A stretch of 64,000 bases of DNA, taken from the NCBI GenBank assembly GCA_037441705.1, contig JBBIRR010000011.1, positions 17,678 to 81,677 on the forward strand. Direction: 5' to 3'. The stretch is from Ignavibacteriales bacterium (GTDB taxonomy: Bacteria; Bacteroidota; Ignavibacteria; UBA10030; UBA6906). The notes below the pieces were generated by a model. It saw only the letters and a program-made list of their open reading frames with translations, was not told the origin of the DNA and ran no database searches. Positions 27,011 to 36,427 of this stretch are shown here, one piece after another. The translations under genes and the position numbers were made by a program. The first letter of the stretch is position 1. Each line of letters begins with the position of its first letter.

Positions 27011-28351
27011 TCAGTAAAGGATTGATTGCGTGATCTGGTCGGTACGTGAGCCGCCGATTCCTGTCACCGTGATTTTGATCTTGATTGCAGCGGGGCGAGT
27101 TGCAAGAAGATTCTGAACAATAAGCGTAAAGGCCTTCCCTCTGCGCGTATCCAATCGCGAAATAATTCCTTCGGGCTGGATGACCGACGCACTTTCAACG
27201 GTCACGTCGTTGTTGCCCACATCGGAGCTGGTGAACTTGAACTGGTACTCGCTCCCGTTCCATGTGGAGCCTGCAAGTTTGATCTGCGGCGGAACAGGCT
27301 TCTTGACCGGAATTTCTTTCCGCAGCATCTCCGTCTGAATCGTCGAGAGAGCACGGAACGTCAAGCTCGTCCACGTCCGCTCGGGTTTGAACACGAAGGG
27401 AAACTCGACCGCAGAGACGGTTTTGACGGGGATGGAGCCGTTGGCGAGAATCTCGATGGTGAACTTGTTCGCGTCAAGCCCGCGGATGCCGCTGGCGTAG
27501 GTGAACGGGACGTCCCAGTAGGCTTCGGCCTGAGGTTCCGGATCCCATCGCGGCGGTGCGACGGATAGGGTGAATGTTGCTGAGGCATTTTCCAGATGTG
27601 CCTCGGCGCCGCGATTGGCGTGCGCGTTCACCGTAACGGCAATGGGTGTGCTCGTCACCATCGGGTTTGCCCATTCCAATCGTATCCTGCCGACATCTTT
27701 CACAATCGTGAAGCGAGGATCGGAACACGAGAACGAGACGATATCCGGCGTTGGCCCGCCGACGTAGATATTCTTGACGTAGGGCGACCCGACGATCCAC
27801 CTATCATCGCGCGGCGGTTCGACGTTGAGCGTTAACTGCGGAGGCGGCGCGCCGGCTCCCTCGACTTTGAGCGTGAATTGGACGGGCTTGGTGGTCAGCG
27901 GGATTTCATCGCCTAACTGTCGCATGATCAGTTCGCGCACCGACTCCGGTAGATCACGAGGAAGCCCGCGGTTGACATCGGCCACGACACGCAGCCGGTA
28001 CAAACCCTTCTCCACCATCTTGCCCGAGAGAATGCCATTGCCTTCGTCATCCTTTACGATCTCGGGCGTGAGTCCATCGGGGAACGCGCCGTCCACGGGT
28101 TTGAGGTCGTACTTGATGCTTTGTTTCTCCGCGTCGGTTTCCAGCCCGCGGACGCGTATCAACGCGCGGCTGCTGTCTTTGGTAAACCAGATCAGTGTGT
28201 CGGGGACCTGCAGCTCAGGCGCTTCGGAAATCTTCTTGACAAGAATCTCTGCGATCTCGCGCTGTGCGTCGTCGCGTTCGGTGATAACGTCCAGCAAACT
28301 CACCAGCGCGACCAGATAGAGAACGAAATAGAATGACGTCTTCTGCTTCAT
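27011..28351 (-). CDS. GldM/PorM-like bitopic inner-membrane protein with beta-rich periplasmic domains
   Basis: N-terminus KQKTSFYFVLYLVALVSLL resembles GldM RQKMINLMYLV. Single TM followed by about 400 aa of Pro-linked beta-rich modules. Directly follows a GldL-like gene. Confidence 0.6.
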   Translation of the reverse strand: MKQKTSFYFVLYLVALVSLLDVITERDDAQREIAEILVKKISEAPELQVPDTLIWFTKDSSRALIRVRGLETDAEKQSIKYDLKPVDGAFPDGLTPEIVKDDEGNGILSGKMVEKGLYRLRVVADVNRGLPRDLPESVRELIMRQLGDEIPLTTKPVQFTLKVEGAGAPPPQLTLNVEPPRDDRWIVGSPYVKNIYVGGPTPDIVSFSCSDPRFTIVKDVGRIRLEWANPMVTSTPIAVTVNAHANRGAEAHLENASATFTLSVAPPRWDPEPQAEAYWDVPFTYASGIRGLDANKFTIEILANGSIPVKTVSAVEFPFVFKPERTWTSLTFRALSTIQTEMLRKEIPVKKPVPPQIKLAGSTWNGSEYQFKFTSSDVGNNDVTVESASVIQPEGIISRLDTRRGKAFTLIVQNLLATRPAAIKIKITVTGIGGSRTDQITQSILY

Positions 28352-28390
28352 CGGACTGTTCCCCTGGGTACAGTGATCTTCACGGCCGGC

Positions 28391-29161
28391 TTACGCGTTC
28401 GAAGTGCGGTTTTCCTGGAGGGACTTGTGAACTTCCTGCCGTACCATGGAGGCGAAGACTTCCTGGACTTTCAACTGCACAACCCGTTCGATTTCATTCT
28501 CCACGACCTTGCCGATGTGCGATTCGATGCGCTGCAGCACGCGGAGCGCCTCTGCCTCTGCATCGATCAATTCGCTTCGCAGCGTGTTGTACATCTGATG
28601 CTGGTCGGCGAGGAGATCGTTGGTCTTTGCAATGTGGGCCTCGGTTCGCTGCAGCGTTCGCAGCGCTTCGCTTTCGGCGTTAATCATCTCATTGCGCAGC
28701 ACGTTGTACATTTCGCGCTGGCTGGTGAGGAGCTCGTTGCGCAGCACGTTGATCAGCTCGCGCTGCGTGCCGGCAACATCATTTTTCAAGATGCGAATCA
28801 TCTCGTTCTCGCCGGTGACGATGTCGCGCTTGAGGAGTTGGAGAATCTCTTTTTCGCCGGAGAGAATCTGGCTGTCGGTGGAAGGAGCTGCGCCCCCTTT
28901 CTCTTCAGGCGTGAGGTAATACACCGCCGCAATCATCAGAAGGAGAGCCGCCTCCAGCGCCAACGCCCCAATCACAACCCAGGAAGGTATCTGTCGCCCG
29001 TAAATAGACCGAAGACCGATGATCACAACGAGGGCAGAAGCTCCGCCGTATGCCAGGCCCTGAACTTTGTTTGTATAGCGGACGATGCCGCTCTGCCCAT
29101 TGGTGGCATAGGAAATCGGTGGTGCAGTCTGGCCCCCGACGACAACTCGTTGCGTCTCCAT
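28391..29161 (-). CDS. GldL/PorL-like two-TM inner-membrane protein with cytoplasmic repeat coiled coil
   Basis: TM1 LAYGGASALVVIIG (cf. GldL YGMGAAVVIVG). TM2 ALALEAALLL with intramembrane E70 (cf. GLLTEALIF), then TPEE (cf. FEP). Long helical tail. Confidence 0.65.
   Translation of the reverse strand: METQRVVVGGQTAPPISYATNGQSGIVRYTNKVQGLAYGGASALVVIIGLRSIYGRQIPSWVVIGALALEAALLLMIAAVYYLTPEEKGGAAPSTDSQILSGEKEILQLLKRDIVTGENEMIRILKNDVAGTQRELINVLRNELLTSQREMYNVLRNEMINAESEALRTLQRTEAHIAKTNDLLADQHQMYNTLRSELIDAEAEALRVLQRIESHIGKVVENEIERVVQLKVQEVFASMVRQEVHKSLQENRTSNA
28508..28858 (-). repeat. Intragenic 15-residue repeats plus a 39-residue duplication in the GldL-like tail
   Basis: GEKEILQLLKRDIVT / GENEMIRILKNDVAG / TQRELINVLRNELLT / SQREMYNVLRNEMIN; residues 144-179 recur at 183-218. 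Confidence 0.8.
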
Positions 29162-29234
29162 GTGAGGTCCCCTCGTGTGTTGCTGTTGTAGACGTAAAAA
29201 ATTTCCGATACTGCCAGCACAAAAAACTCAGAGG

Positions 29235-29262
29235 AATATAGCAAAATCCCCCAATTTATCAA
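29235..29262 (-). promoter_or_regulatory. Putative promoter of the gldL-like operon
   Basis: Minus strand TTGATA, 16 nt spacer, TATATT with an extended -10 TG, in the AT-rich gap after hslU. Confidence 0.45.
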
Positions 29263-29328
29263 ATGCAATTGCTTCCTACTTTGCGCGCTGTATTGCCGAA
29301 CACTGGTTCGGGCCGCGAGCGACTATCG

Positions 29329-30726
29329 CTAAAGGATGTAACGACTTAAGTCTCTATTCTTGGCGATGTTGGAGAGCTTGCTTTGCACCATTTCGCGATT
29401 CACGACGATCTTCTTTTCCTGAATCTCATCCGGTGCGTTGAACAGGATGTCGTCTAGCAGTGACGTCATGATGGTATGCAAGCGTCGGGCACCGATGTTC
29501 TCGACGTTCTCGTTTACCTCGCTGGCGATTTTAGCGATCTCCTTGATTCCGTCGTCGGTGAATTCCACCTCCACGCCTTCGGTGGCGATCAGGGCTGCGT
29601 ACTGTTTGATCAGGGCGTTCTGCGGCATGGTAAGAATCTTGACGAAGTCTTCCTCTGTTAGACTGTTCAACTCGACGCGGATGGGAAAGCGCCCTTGCAA
29701 TTCGGGAATCAGGTCGGATGGCTTGGAGACGTGAAAGGCACCCGATGCGATGAAGAGGATGTGATCCGTCCGAACCATCCCGTACTTGGTCATGACGTTC
29801 GAACCTTCGACAATGGGCAGAAGGTCGCGCTGGACACCTTCCCGCGACACGTCGGGACCCACGGTGGATTTGCTGCCCGCAATCTTGTCGATCTCGTCAA
29901 GGAAGACGATGCCGGAGTTCTCGACGCGTTGCAGCGCTTCTTTGATTGCAGCATCGTGATCAATGAGTTTCTTTGCTTCCTCGTTGGTGAGGATGACGCG
30001 CGCCTCGGCGATCGTCACTTTCCGTTTCTTCAGTTTCTTCGGCATGAGGCCGCCGAACATCTCCTGAAGGTTCACGCCGATCTCTTCAAGATTCATCGGG
30101 CCGATCACCTGCATCAGCGGCATGTCGCTGGCGGGGATATCAATCTCGACGACGCGGTCCTCGAGCTTTCCCTCGCGCAGCTTCTGGCGGAGTTTCTCGC
30201 GCGTCGCGTGCGCATCTTCTCGTTCATCCGCGGTTGCATTTTCCTCCGCTTCATGACCGACTCGTTTGCGCGTCGAAGGGAAAAGGATATCGAGAAGCCG
30301 CTCTTCACACAGGTCGCGAGCCTTGTCGTACACTTCAGCGCGTTTTTCCTCCTTCACCATGTTCACGGCGTACTCGGTCAGATCCCGGATAATGGATTCG
30401 ACGTCACGGCCGACGTAGCCGACCTCCGTGAATTTCGAGGCCTCGACCTTGATGAACGGCGCGTCGGCGAGTTTTGCAAGCCGACGCGCTATCTCCGTTT
30501 TCCCTACACCCGTCGGGCCGATCATGATGATGTTGTTCGGCATGATCTCTTCGCGCAGCGCTGCCGGGACCTGCAATCGCCGCCACCGATTCCGGAGGGC
30601 GATGGCAACGGACTTCTTGGCATTCTGCTGCCCGATGATGTACTTATCCAGCTCGCGAACGATCTGATGCGGGGTTAGCTCACGCGAGCGATCGGTGGGT
30701 GTGACTTTGGAGTGTTGATTCTTCAT
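29329..30726 (-). CDS. hslU: ATP-dependent protease ATPase subunit
   Basis: Motifs [47 protein letters not shown] and NIGARRL. Confidence 0.97.
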   Translation of the reverse strand: MKNQHSKVTPTDRSRELTPHQIVRELDKYIIGQQNAKKSVAIALRNRWRRLQVPAALREEIMPNNIIMIGPTGVGKTEIARRLAKLADAPFIKVEASKFTEVGYVGRDVESIIRDLTEYAVNMVKEEKRAEVYDKARDLCEERLLDILFPSTRKRVGHEAEENATADEREDAHATREKLRQKLREGKLEDRVVEIDIPASDMPLMQVIGPMNLEEIGVNLQEMFGGLMPKKLKKRKVTIAEARVILTNEEAKKLIDHDAAIKEALQRVENSGIVFLDEIDKIAGSKSTVGPDVSREGVQRDLLPIVEGSNVMTKYGMVRTDHILFIASGAFHVSKPSDLIPELQGRFPIRVELNSLTEEDFVKILTMPQNALIKQYAALIATEGVEVEFTDDGIKEIAKIASEVNENVENIGARRLHTIMTSLLDDILFNAPDEIQEKKIVVNREMVQSKLSNIAKNRDLSRYIL

Positions 30727-30730
30727 GCGC

Positions 30731-31267
30731 CTACAATTCTTCGATCGTCAAATTCGTGTTGGTATAAATGCAGATCTCGCCGGCTGTTCGCAACGCTTCC
30801 TCGACAATCTGGCGTGCGGAGAGCGACGAATGCTTCACCAGCATGCGCGCAGCGGCGAGGGCGTAGCTGCCGCCGGAACCGATGGCGACGATGCCGTCGT
30901 CCGGCTCGATCAATTCTCCGGTTCCTGAGATAATGAGGCCGCGTTCCTTATCCAGAACAGCAAGCAGCGCGTCGAGGTGACGGAGATACTTGTCCGTGCG
31001 CCATTCCTTGGCAAGCTCCACGGCCGAACGCTCAAGGTTCCCGTGATATTTTTCCAGATAGTCTTCGAATTTTGTGAACAGGGTGAACGCGTCGGCAGCT
31101 GCGCCGGCAAAGCCGGCGAGAACGGAATCGTTGTACAGCTTGCGAACCTTCTTCGCTCCCTGTTTCATGACCGTGGTCCCGACGGTGACCTGCCCGTCGG
31201 CGCCGAGGACGGACTTGCCGTTGAGAGTAAGGCCGATGACTGTTGTGGCTCGAATGCGTTCGGGCAT
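30731..31267 (-). CDS. hslV: ATP-dependent protease peptidase subunit
   Basis: ATTV Thr nucleophile, ADGQVT, GFAG, WRTD, IGSGG and ICIYTN. Confidence 0.97.
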   Translation of the reverse strand: MPERIRATTVIGLTLNGKSVLGADGQVTVGTTVMKQGAKKVRKLYNDSVLAGFAGAAADAFTLFTKFEDYLEKYHGNLERSAVELAKEWRTDKYLRHLDALLAVLDKERGLIISGTGELIEPDDGIVAIGSGGSYALAAARMLVKHSSLSARQIVEEALRTAGEICIYTNTNLTIEEL

Positions 31268-31300
31268 GAGGGGATCTGCTCGTTGCGTGGGGATGTTGGG

Positions 31301-32779
31301 TTATTTAAGCCTGCGTCGCAGACGCGCCACAGGAATATGCATGGCCTCGCGGTACTTTGCGACGGTGCGGCGTGCAATGTTGAGGCCCTGCTCGTTCAGC
31401 ATCTTGGCGAGCTTGTCGTCGCTGAGCGGTTTCAGCGGGTCCTCGTGTTCGATCAGTTCTTTCAGTTTCTTTTTGACTTCCTTGTTCGAGATCTCTTCTC
31501 CATCGGTCGTGCTGATGGAGTCGCTGAAGAAGTACCGAAGCGGGAACACACCGTAATCCGTTTGCACGTATTTGCTGTTCACAACGCGACTGATCGTGGA
31601 GATGTCCATGCCGATCACCTCGGCAATGTCCTTGTAGATCATCGGCTTCAGTCCCTCTCCCTTTTCAAAAAATTCCCGCTGCTTGTCAACGATCGTGCGC
31701 ATCACCTTCAGCATCGTTTCCCGCCGCTGATGGATGGAACTGATGAACCATTTCGCTGCTTCAAACCGCTGGCGAATGAAGTCTTTGGCCTCGGCGGGCA
31801 CGCCGTCTTTCTTCCGCTTGGACATCAACTCCTTGTACTGTTTGTTGATCCGGAGCGGCGGGATGTTCTTGTCGTTGAGTGTGATCAGGAAATCATCCTC
31901 GGTTTGTGTAACGATGAAGTCGGGGATGACGTAGTTCTCGTGCGGCGTGAACTCTCCTTCCCCCGGTTTCGGGTTGAGATGCTGAATCACCTCCAGCACC
32001 TCCTTCAAATCGTCCAGCGTAATGTTGAGCTTCCGGGCAATCTCCTCGAAGTGCCTCATCGTGAAGCTCTCGTAGTGCTCCTTCAACACCTTGAGGGTGA
32101 GCTGCTTGATGTAATGATTGTCCATCTTCTTCATTTCCACCTGGACAATCAGGCACTCCTGAAGCGTTCTACTGCCGATCCCTACCGGGTCGAGGCGTTG
32201 GATCCTCTTCAGGACACTCTCTGCCTTTTCCAGTGTAATGTTGGTGCCGTGGGAGAGGTTGAGGTCTTGAACGATGGAGGCGAGATCGCGCCGCAAATAT
32301 CCATCTTCATCCAGATTGCCGATGATCTCCGGACCCACCAACACTTCTTCGTCGTCCAGGTCCAGAAGATGGAATTGTTCCAGCAGACGGTGATAGAGCG
32401 GCACGGTGTCCGGCATGGGCAGCTCTTCCTTCTCTTCCGGATCGAACGGCTCGGCGGCTTTGTACCCCGTGTATTCGTCTTTGATGAAGTCGTCGATGGT
32501 GTACTCGTCGTCGGCCGACTTGGGTTCTTCTTCGACTTTCGCCTCGGCTTCGCCGTCGACACTCTCTTCGGCGGTTGCCTCCTCTTTCGTAGGCTCCGTC
32601 GTTTCTTCGACCATCTCCAGCTCTTCGTCGATGCCTTCTTCAAGCAGCGGGTTCATCTCGAGTTCAGCCTTGATCTTCTGCTCGAGTGCCAGCGTCGGAA
32701 GCTGCAGCATCTTCAGGTATTGCACCTGCTGAGGCGACAGCTTCATCATCATTTTATGTTGCAGAGAAAGATTCAGCAT
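31301..32779 (-). CDS. rpoN: RNA polymerase sigma-54 factor
   Basis: Q/L-rich region I, NPLLE, GNLDEDGYL, HTH DISTISR and RpoN box ARRTVAKYRE. Confidence 0.97.
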   Translation of the reverse strand: MLNLSLQHKMMMKLSPQQVQYLKMLQLPTLALEQKIKAELEMNPLLEEGIDEELEMVEETTEPTKEEATAEESVDGEAEAKVEEEPKSADDEYTIDDFIKDEYTGYKAAEPFDPEEKEELPMPDTVPLYHRLLEQFHLLDLDDEEVLVGPEIIGNLDEDGYLRRDLASIVQDLNLSHGTNITLEKAESVLKRIQRLDPVGIGSRTLQECLIVQVEMKKMDNHYIKQLTLKVLKEHYESFTMRHFEEIARKLNITLDDLKEVLEVIQHLNPKPGEGEFTPHENYVIPDFIVTQTEDDFLITLNDKNIPPLRINKQYKELMSKRKKDGVPAEAKDFIRQRFEAAKWFISSIHQRRETMLKVMRTIVDKQREFFEKGEGLKPMIYKDIAEVIGMDISTISRVVNSKYVQTDYGVFPLRYFFSDSISTTDGEEISNKEVKKKLKELIEHEDPLKPLSDDKLAKMLNEQGLNIARRTVAKYREAMHIPVARLRRRLK

Positions 32780-33381
32780 CGTCGTGTTCGTTCATCCGGC
32801 GGCACGACAGCAGTCGCACCGGTATTCAGCCTCTCACAATATTGTCGGAATTTTTCATACCAAGCTTTGCCATACTTTCGCACGAGCGGCTCGCGCAAAA
32901 ACTCGTAAAGTTTGACCTTCTCCGCCCTGCCGCGCCTGCGTCCGGCAGCACATTCCGGGATCACCTCATAGTGAAGGAATTCCCTTCCTGCCGAGCGGAT
33001 GCGCAGGGGGAAGAGATGGCACGACAGCGGCTTGCGCCAGTCGGTTTCCCCGTTCAGATACGCTTTTTCAAGACTGCAGCGTGCGATGCCGTCCTCAAAG
33101 CAGACAAAGACACACTCACGCCGCTCGACGCACGTGGTTGCGTAGCTGCCCGGGAAGCCTTCGTACAATCCTTCACGTTCGATCACGCGTATGTTCTTTT
33201 CGTCGAGGTACCGCTTGACGATGGGGTAGGCCTTTTCAAGTTCCAGCACTTCATCATCCTCCAGTGGAGCCCCTCGACCGCCCTCCCGTGTGCAACAGGC
33301 ACCTTTGCATTGTTCGAGATGGCAGCAGAACGACGCGCGGGCGACCTCGGTATCCACAACGGCTTCGCCTATGATGAACAT
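32773..33381 (-). CDS. DUF3109 family Cys-rich protein
   Basis: Motifs FCCHLEQCKGACC, GAPL, ECVF, CSLEKAY, KPLSCHLFP and FLREPLVRKYG; overlaps the rpoN start. Confidence 0.85.
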   Translation of the reverse strand: MFIIGEAVVDTEVARASFCCHLEQCKGACCTREGGRGAPLEDDEVLELEKAYPIVKRYLDEKNIRVIEREGLYEGFPGSYATTCVERRECVFVCFEDGIARCSLEKAYLNGETDWRKPLSCHLFPLRIRSAGREFLHYEVIPECAAGRRRGRAEKVKLYEFLREPLVRKYGKAWYEKFRQYCERLNTGATAVVPPDERTRRC

Positions 33382-33497
33382 ACGCGCCCCCCGCCGATTC
33401 GATAACCACACTTAAGGTACTCAAATTCAGCCAAAGAGAAAAGCCGCATCGCAATCTCCGTCCCGTGAATGTGCTTCGCGTCAGTACGAGATATGGC

Positions 33498-34616
33498 TTA
33501 CGTTTTCACAAACATCTTGCCCGGCTTCTGCCGCACGAGTCCCTTGAACTCGAGTGAGAGCAAGTGGACAAGCGCGTCGGCCGTTGACACTCTGGCGCGA
33601 TCGGCAAGCGCGTCGATGTGGATCGGGTCATCGCCCATTGCGTCGTACAACGCCTGCTCGAACACCGAGAGCTGCGGTGCAGGCGTGGGACGAGCGGGCG
33701 AGCGCGCTAGGTTCTTGAGCTGTGGACTGAGCACGGCGAGAACATCATCAACACACTCGACGAGCGTCGCCTTGCCCTGTTTGATCAGGAGATTTGTTCC
33801 GCTTCCTCGCTTTTCGCCGACGGCATGAGGAACGGCGAAGACTTCGCGGTTCTGGTCGAAAGCAATGGAGGCGGTGATCATTGCGCCTCCTTCGATGCCT
33901 GTTTCGATGATGAGGGTGCCCAATGCGATGCCGCTGATGATGCGATTGCGTCGCGGAAAATTCGGTGCATCGGGTTTGGCTCCCATCGGAAACTCGGACA
34001 TGAGTGCGCCGTTTTCGATAATCCGCTCGGCGAGCTTCTGGTTTTCTGCGGGGTAGATCACGTCCACGCCCGAGCCGACGACGGCAATCGTTCGGCCGTT
34101 TGCCCGCACGGTGGCGGTATGAGCGGCCGTGTCGATGCCGCGTGCCAGCCCGCTGACGGTGGGAATGCCGAGCGCGGCGAATCCCTGCGCAAAACGTTCA
34201 GCCATTTGTATGCCGTAGGATGATGCGCTGCGTGTTCCCACGATGGCAAGCGAGTAGCGGTCGTCGTTCTTGAGTTCACCGCGCACGAAGAGGAAAGCAG
34301 GCGGGTCGTACGTGTTGCGCAGATTCGTCGGATATTCTTTGTCCCAAAACGTTACCATCCGCGCATCAACTTTGTTGAGACGCTTCAACTGCTCGTCCAC
34401 GAAACGTTTACTGCGCGCAGCGCCTGAATCGCGGAAGAAATTCACAATCGTGAGCGCCGTCTTCTTCTCGATCCCGTCAACACGAATCAGCTCCTTCGCC
34501 GATGCCTCCGCGATCAGACGCGTGTCGTGGAAATGGTTGATGAGACTGATGAGACGCGTGGGACCGATGCCGGGGATCGTGGAGAGCGTGAGCACATCTC
34601 GGACATCAATCGTCAT
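33498..34616 (-). CDS. dprA: DNA-processing protein A
   Basis: Motifs AIVGTR, SGLARGID, FPRRNRIISG and REVFAVP; C-terminal winged helix. Confidence 0.95.
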   Translation of the reverse strand: MTIDVRDVLTLSTIPGIGPTRLISLINHFHDTRLIAEASAKELIRVDGIEKKTALTIVNFFRDSGAARSKRFVDEQLKRLNKVDARMVTFWDKEYPTNLRNTYDPPAFLFVRGELKNDDRYSLAIVGTRSASSYGIQMAERFAQGFAALGIPTVSGLARGIDTAAHTATVRANGRTIAVVGSGVDVIYPAENQKLAERIIENGALMSEFPMGAKPDAPNFPRRNRIISGIALGTLIIETGIEGGAMITASIAFDQNREVFAVPHAVGEKRGSGTNLLIKQGKATLVECVDDVLAVLSPQLKNLARSPARPTPAPQLSVFEQALYDAMGDDPIHIDALADRARVSTADALVHLLSLEFKGLVRQKPGKMFVKT

Positions 34617-34622
34617 GGCGCG

Positions 34623-34895
34623 TCACTCCACCACGTTCATCCCATCCACGACTGCGACAACGACGCTGTGCACGGGTACGTCCTTACTGCGCAGCACCTG
34701 GGCGGCCGCCTGACCCTCCTGCACAACCAGCACCGTATCGCCGATTCCCGCGTCCACCGTGTCCAGCGCAAGCAAATCTCTGCCCAGCGCTTTGCCCTCT
34801 AACGTGATCGGCTGGCAGATCAGGATGCGCTTGTCTTTGAGATGCGCATTCTTCTGCGTAGCGACGATCGTGCCGGTGACTTTCGAAAGAATCAT
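34623..34895 (-). CDS. Bacterial microcompartment vertex protein (EutN/CcmL, BMC-P)
   Basis: MILSKVTGTIVATQK, ALDTVDAGIGDTVLV and VVAVVD; 90 aa. Confidence 0.92.
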   Translation of the reverse strand: MILSKVTGTIVATQKNAHLKDKRILICQPITLEGKALGRDLLALDTVDAGIGDTVLVVQEGQAAAQVLRSKDVPVHSVVVAVVDGMNVVE

Positions 34896-34978
34896 GCTGC
34901 TTCAGAGTGTGTCAACAAAAAGATAATGTATTTGGTAGGATGAAAAAAGCCGCGGCGGGCAAGACTGCTCGCTTTTCG

Positions 34979-36361
34979 TCATGATCCTACCTGCTGTGAA
35001 AAGGCTGACACCATCTCCTGTGCCTTCTCCATCGTTCGTGCCTCGGCAATCACCCGAACGATCGGTTCCGTGTTCGATTTGCGCAGATGCACCCACGCGT
35101 CTGCGAAGTCAATGCGCACGCCGTCTTCCGTGTTGATACTTGCCTTGTTTCGATAGGCCTCCACGACCCGCCGAAGCGCTGCGTCGGGAGCGCTGTTGGC
35201 AAGCTCGACTTTTCCTTTGGCGATGTGATAGGAAGGCAGACTCGCTTTCAGCGCCGAGACGGGCCCCCCAAACTCCGCGACGAGCTGAAGAATGAGCCCA
35301 ATCCCCACCACGGCATCTCGCCCTGCGTGCACAGTCGGCAGAATGACGCCGCCGCTTCCTTCGCCGCCGATCACCGCGCCGATGGCGCGCATCTTCTTGA
35401 CCACGTTGATTTCACCGACAGGCGCGCGATACACCGCGGCCCCATACGAAGCCGCAATATCCTCCACCGCACGCGTGGTTGAAAGATTAATCACAACCGA
35501 TTGCGTGTACGTGCGGCCGAGCCGTCGTTCCTTCTCCAACACAAACTTCACCGCCGAAGCGATCGTGTATTCCTCGCCGAACGGTTCCCCCGTCTCGGTG
35601 ATGAGAACGAGACGATCCACGTCGGGGTCAACGGCAATGCCGATGTCGGCCTTTTCCGCTTTCACTCGTGCGCAAAGCTCGGTGAGATTCTCCGGCAGCG
35701 GCTCCGGCGTATGCGCAAAGACGCCGCTCACGTCGCAGTGCAGGCGAATAACTTCACACCCCAATTCGTGAAGAAGGTGGGGCACGATGAGGCCGCCCGC
35801 TGCATTCACCGCATCGAGCACCACTCTCAGCTTACGCTTCCTGATTCGTTCAAGATCGAGATAGGGGAGAGCCAGCACTGCGTCAACATGTTTTTTGATC
35901 CACGAATCGTCCGCCGTATGCGTTCCGATCCGATCCCAGCGTGCAAAGGTTGCCGCCGCCTTATCGGCAATCTCCCACACCTCCTTATTCTGCTCTGCAT
36001 CGAGGAATAAGCCGGTGGGCGCGAAGAATTTCAATCCGTTCCATTGGATGGGGTTATGACTTGCCGTTACGCTGATGCCGCCCGCGGCGCCGAGTTTTTC
36101 GACGGCGAGCGCAATCGTCGGCGTCGGGCAAATGCCGAGCGCACGGACGTTCACGCCGGTAGAGAGAAGCGTGGAGGAGACGATGTTCGTGATGATCTTG
36201 CCCGTAATTCTCCCATCTCGTCCCAGCACCACTTCAGGGCTGTGGGGGTTGGTTCTCTTACAATACTCGCCAAATGCCGCTGCGTACTTGACCACGATCT
36301 GCGGTGTGAGCGATTCCCCGACGATCCCGCGGATGCCGGAGATGGAAATCATGAGAGACAT
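34979..36361 (-). CDS. glmM: Phosphoglucosamine mutase / phosphomannomutase
   Basis: Motifs SISGIRG, TASHNP, DPDVDR, GEGSGG and RKSNTEP. Confidence 0.85.
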   Translation of the reverse strand: MSLMISISGIRGIVGESLTPQIVVKYAAAFGEYCKRTNPHSPEVVLGRDGRITGKIITNIVSSTLLSTGVNVRALGICPTPTIALAVEKLGAAGGISVTASHNPIQWNGLKFFAPTGLFLDAEQNKEVWEIADKAAATFARWDRIGTHTADDSWIKKHVDAVLALPYLDLERIRKRKLRVVLDAVNAAGGLIVPHLLHELGCEVIRLHCDVSGVFAHTPEPLPENLTELCARVKAEKADIGIAVDPDVDRLVLITETGEPFGEEYTIASAVKFVLEKERRLGRTYTQSVVINLSTTRAVEDIAASYGAAVYRAPVGEINVVKKMRAIGAVIGGEGSGGVILPTVHAGRDAVVGIGLILQLVAEFGGPVSALKASLPSYHIAKGKVELANSAPDAALRRVVEAYRNKASINTEDGVRIDFADAWVHLRKSNTEPIVRVIAEARTMEKAQEMVSAFSQQVGS

Positions 36362-36398
36362 GAGAAAGGCTCGGGTTCTGGGTTCAAGATTGCGTGTC

Positions 36399-36427
36399 AA
36401 TGTAGGGAAGGATGAAGAGAGATGCAA
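36399..36427 (-). promoter_or_regulatory. Putative promoter of the glmM operon
   Basis: Minus strand TTGCAT, 17 nt spacer, TACATT. Confidence 0.5.

Noticed and set aside
29162-29328. Sigma-54 promoter for the gldL-like operon, given the nearby rpoN
   Set aside because: No GG-N10-GC element in a TGGCAC/TTGC context was found; a sigma70-like -35/-10 fits better.
30977-32908. 643-aa plus-strand ORF
   Set aside because: Antisense to rpoN/hslV with no recognisable domain; a typical stop-poor shadow frame.
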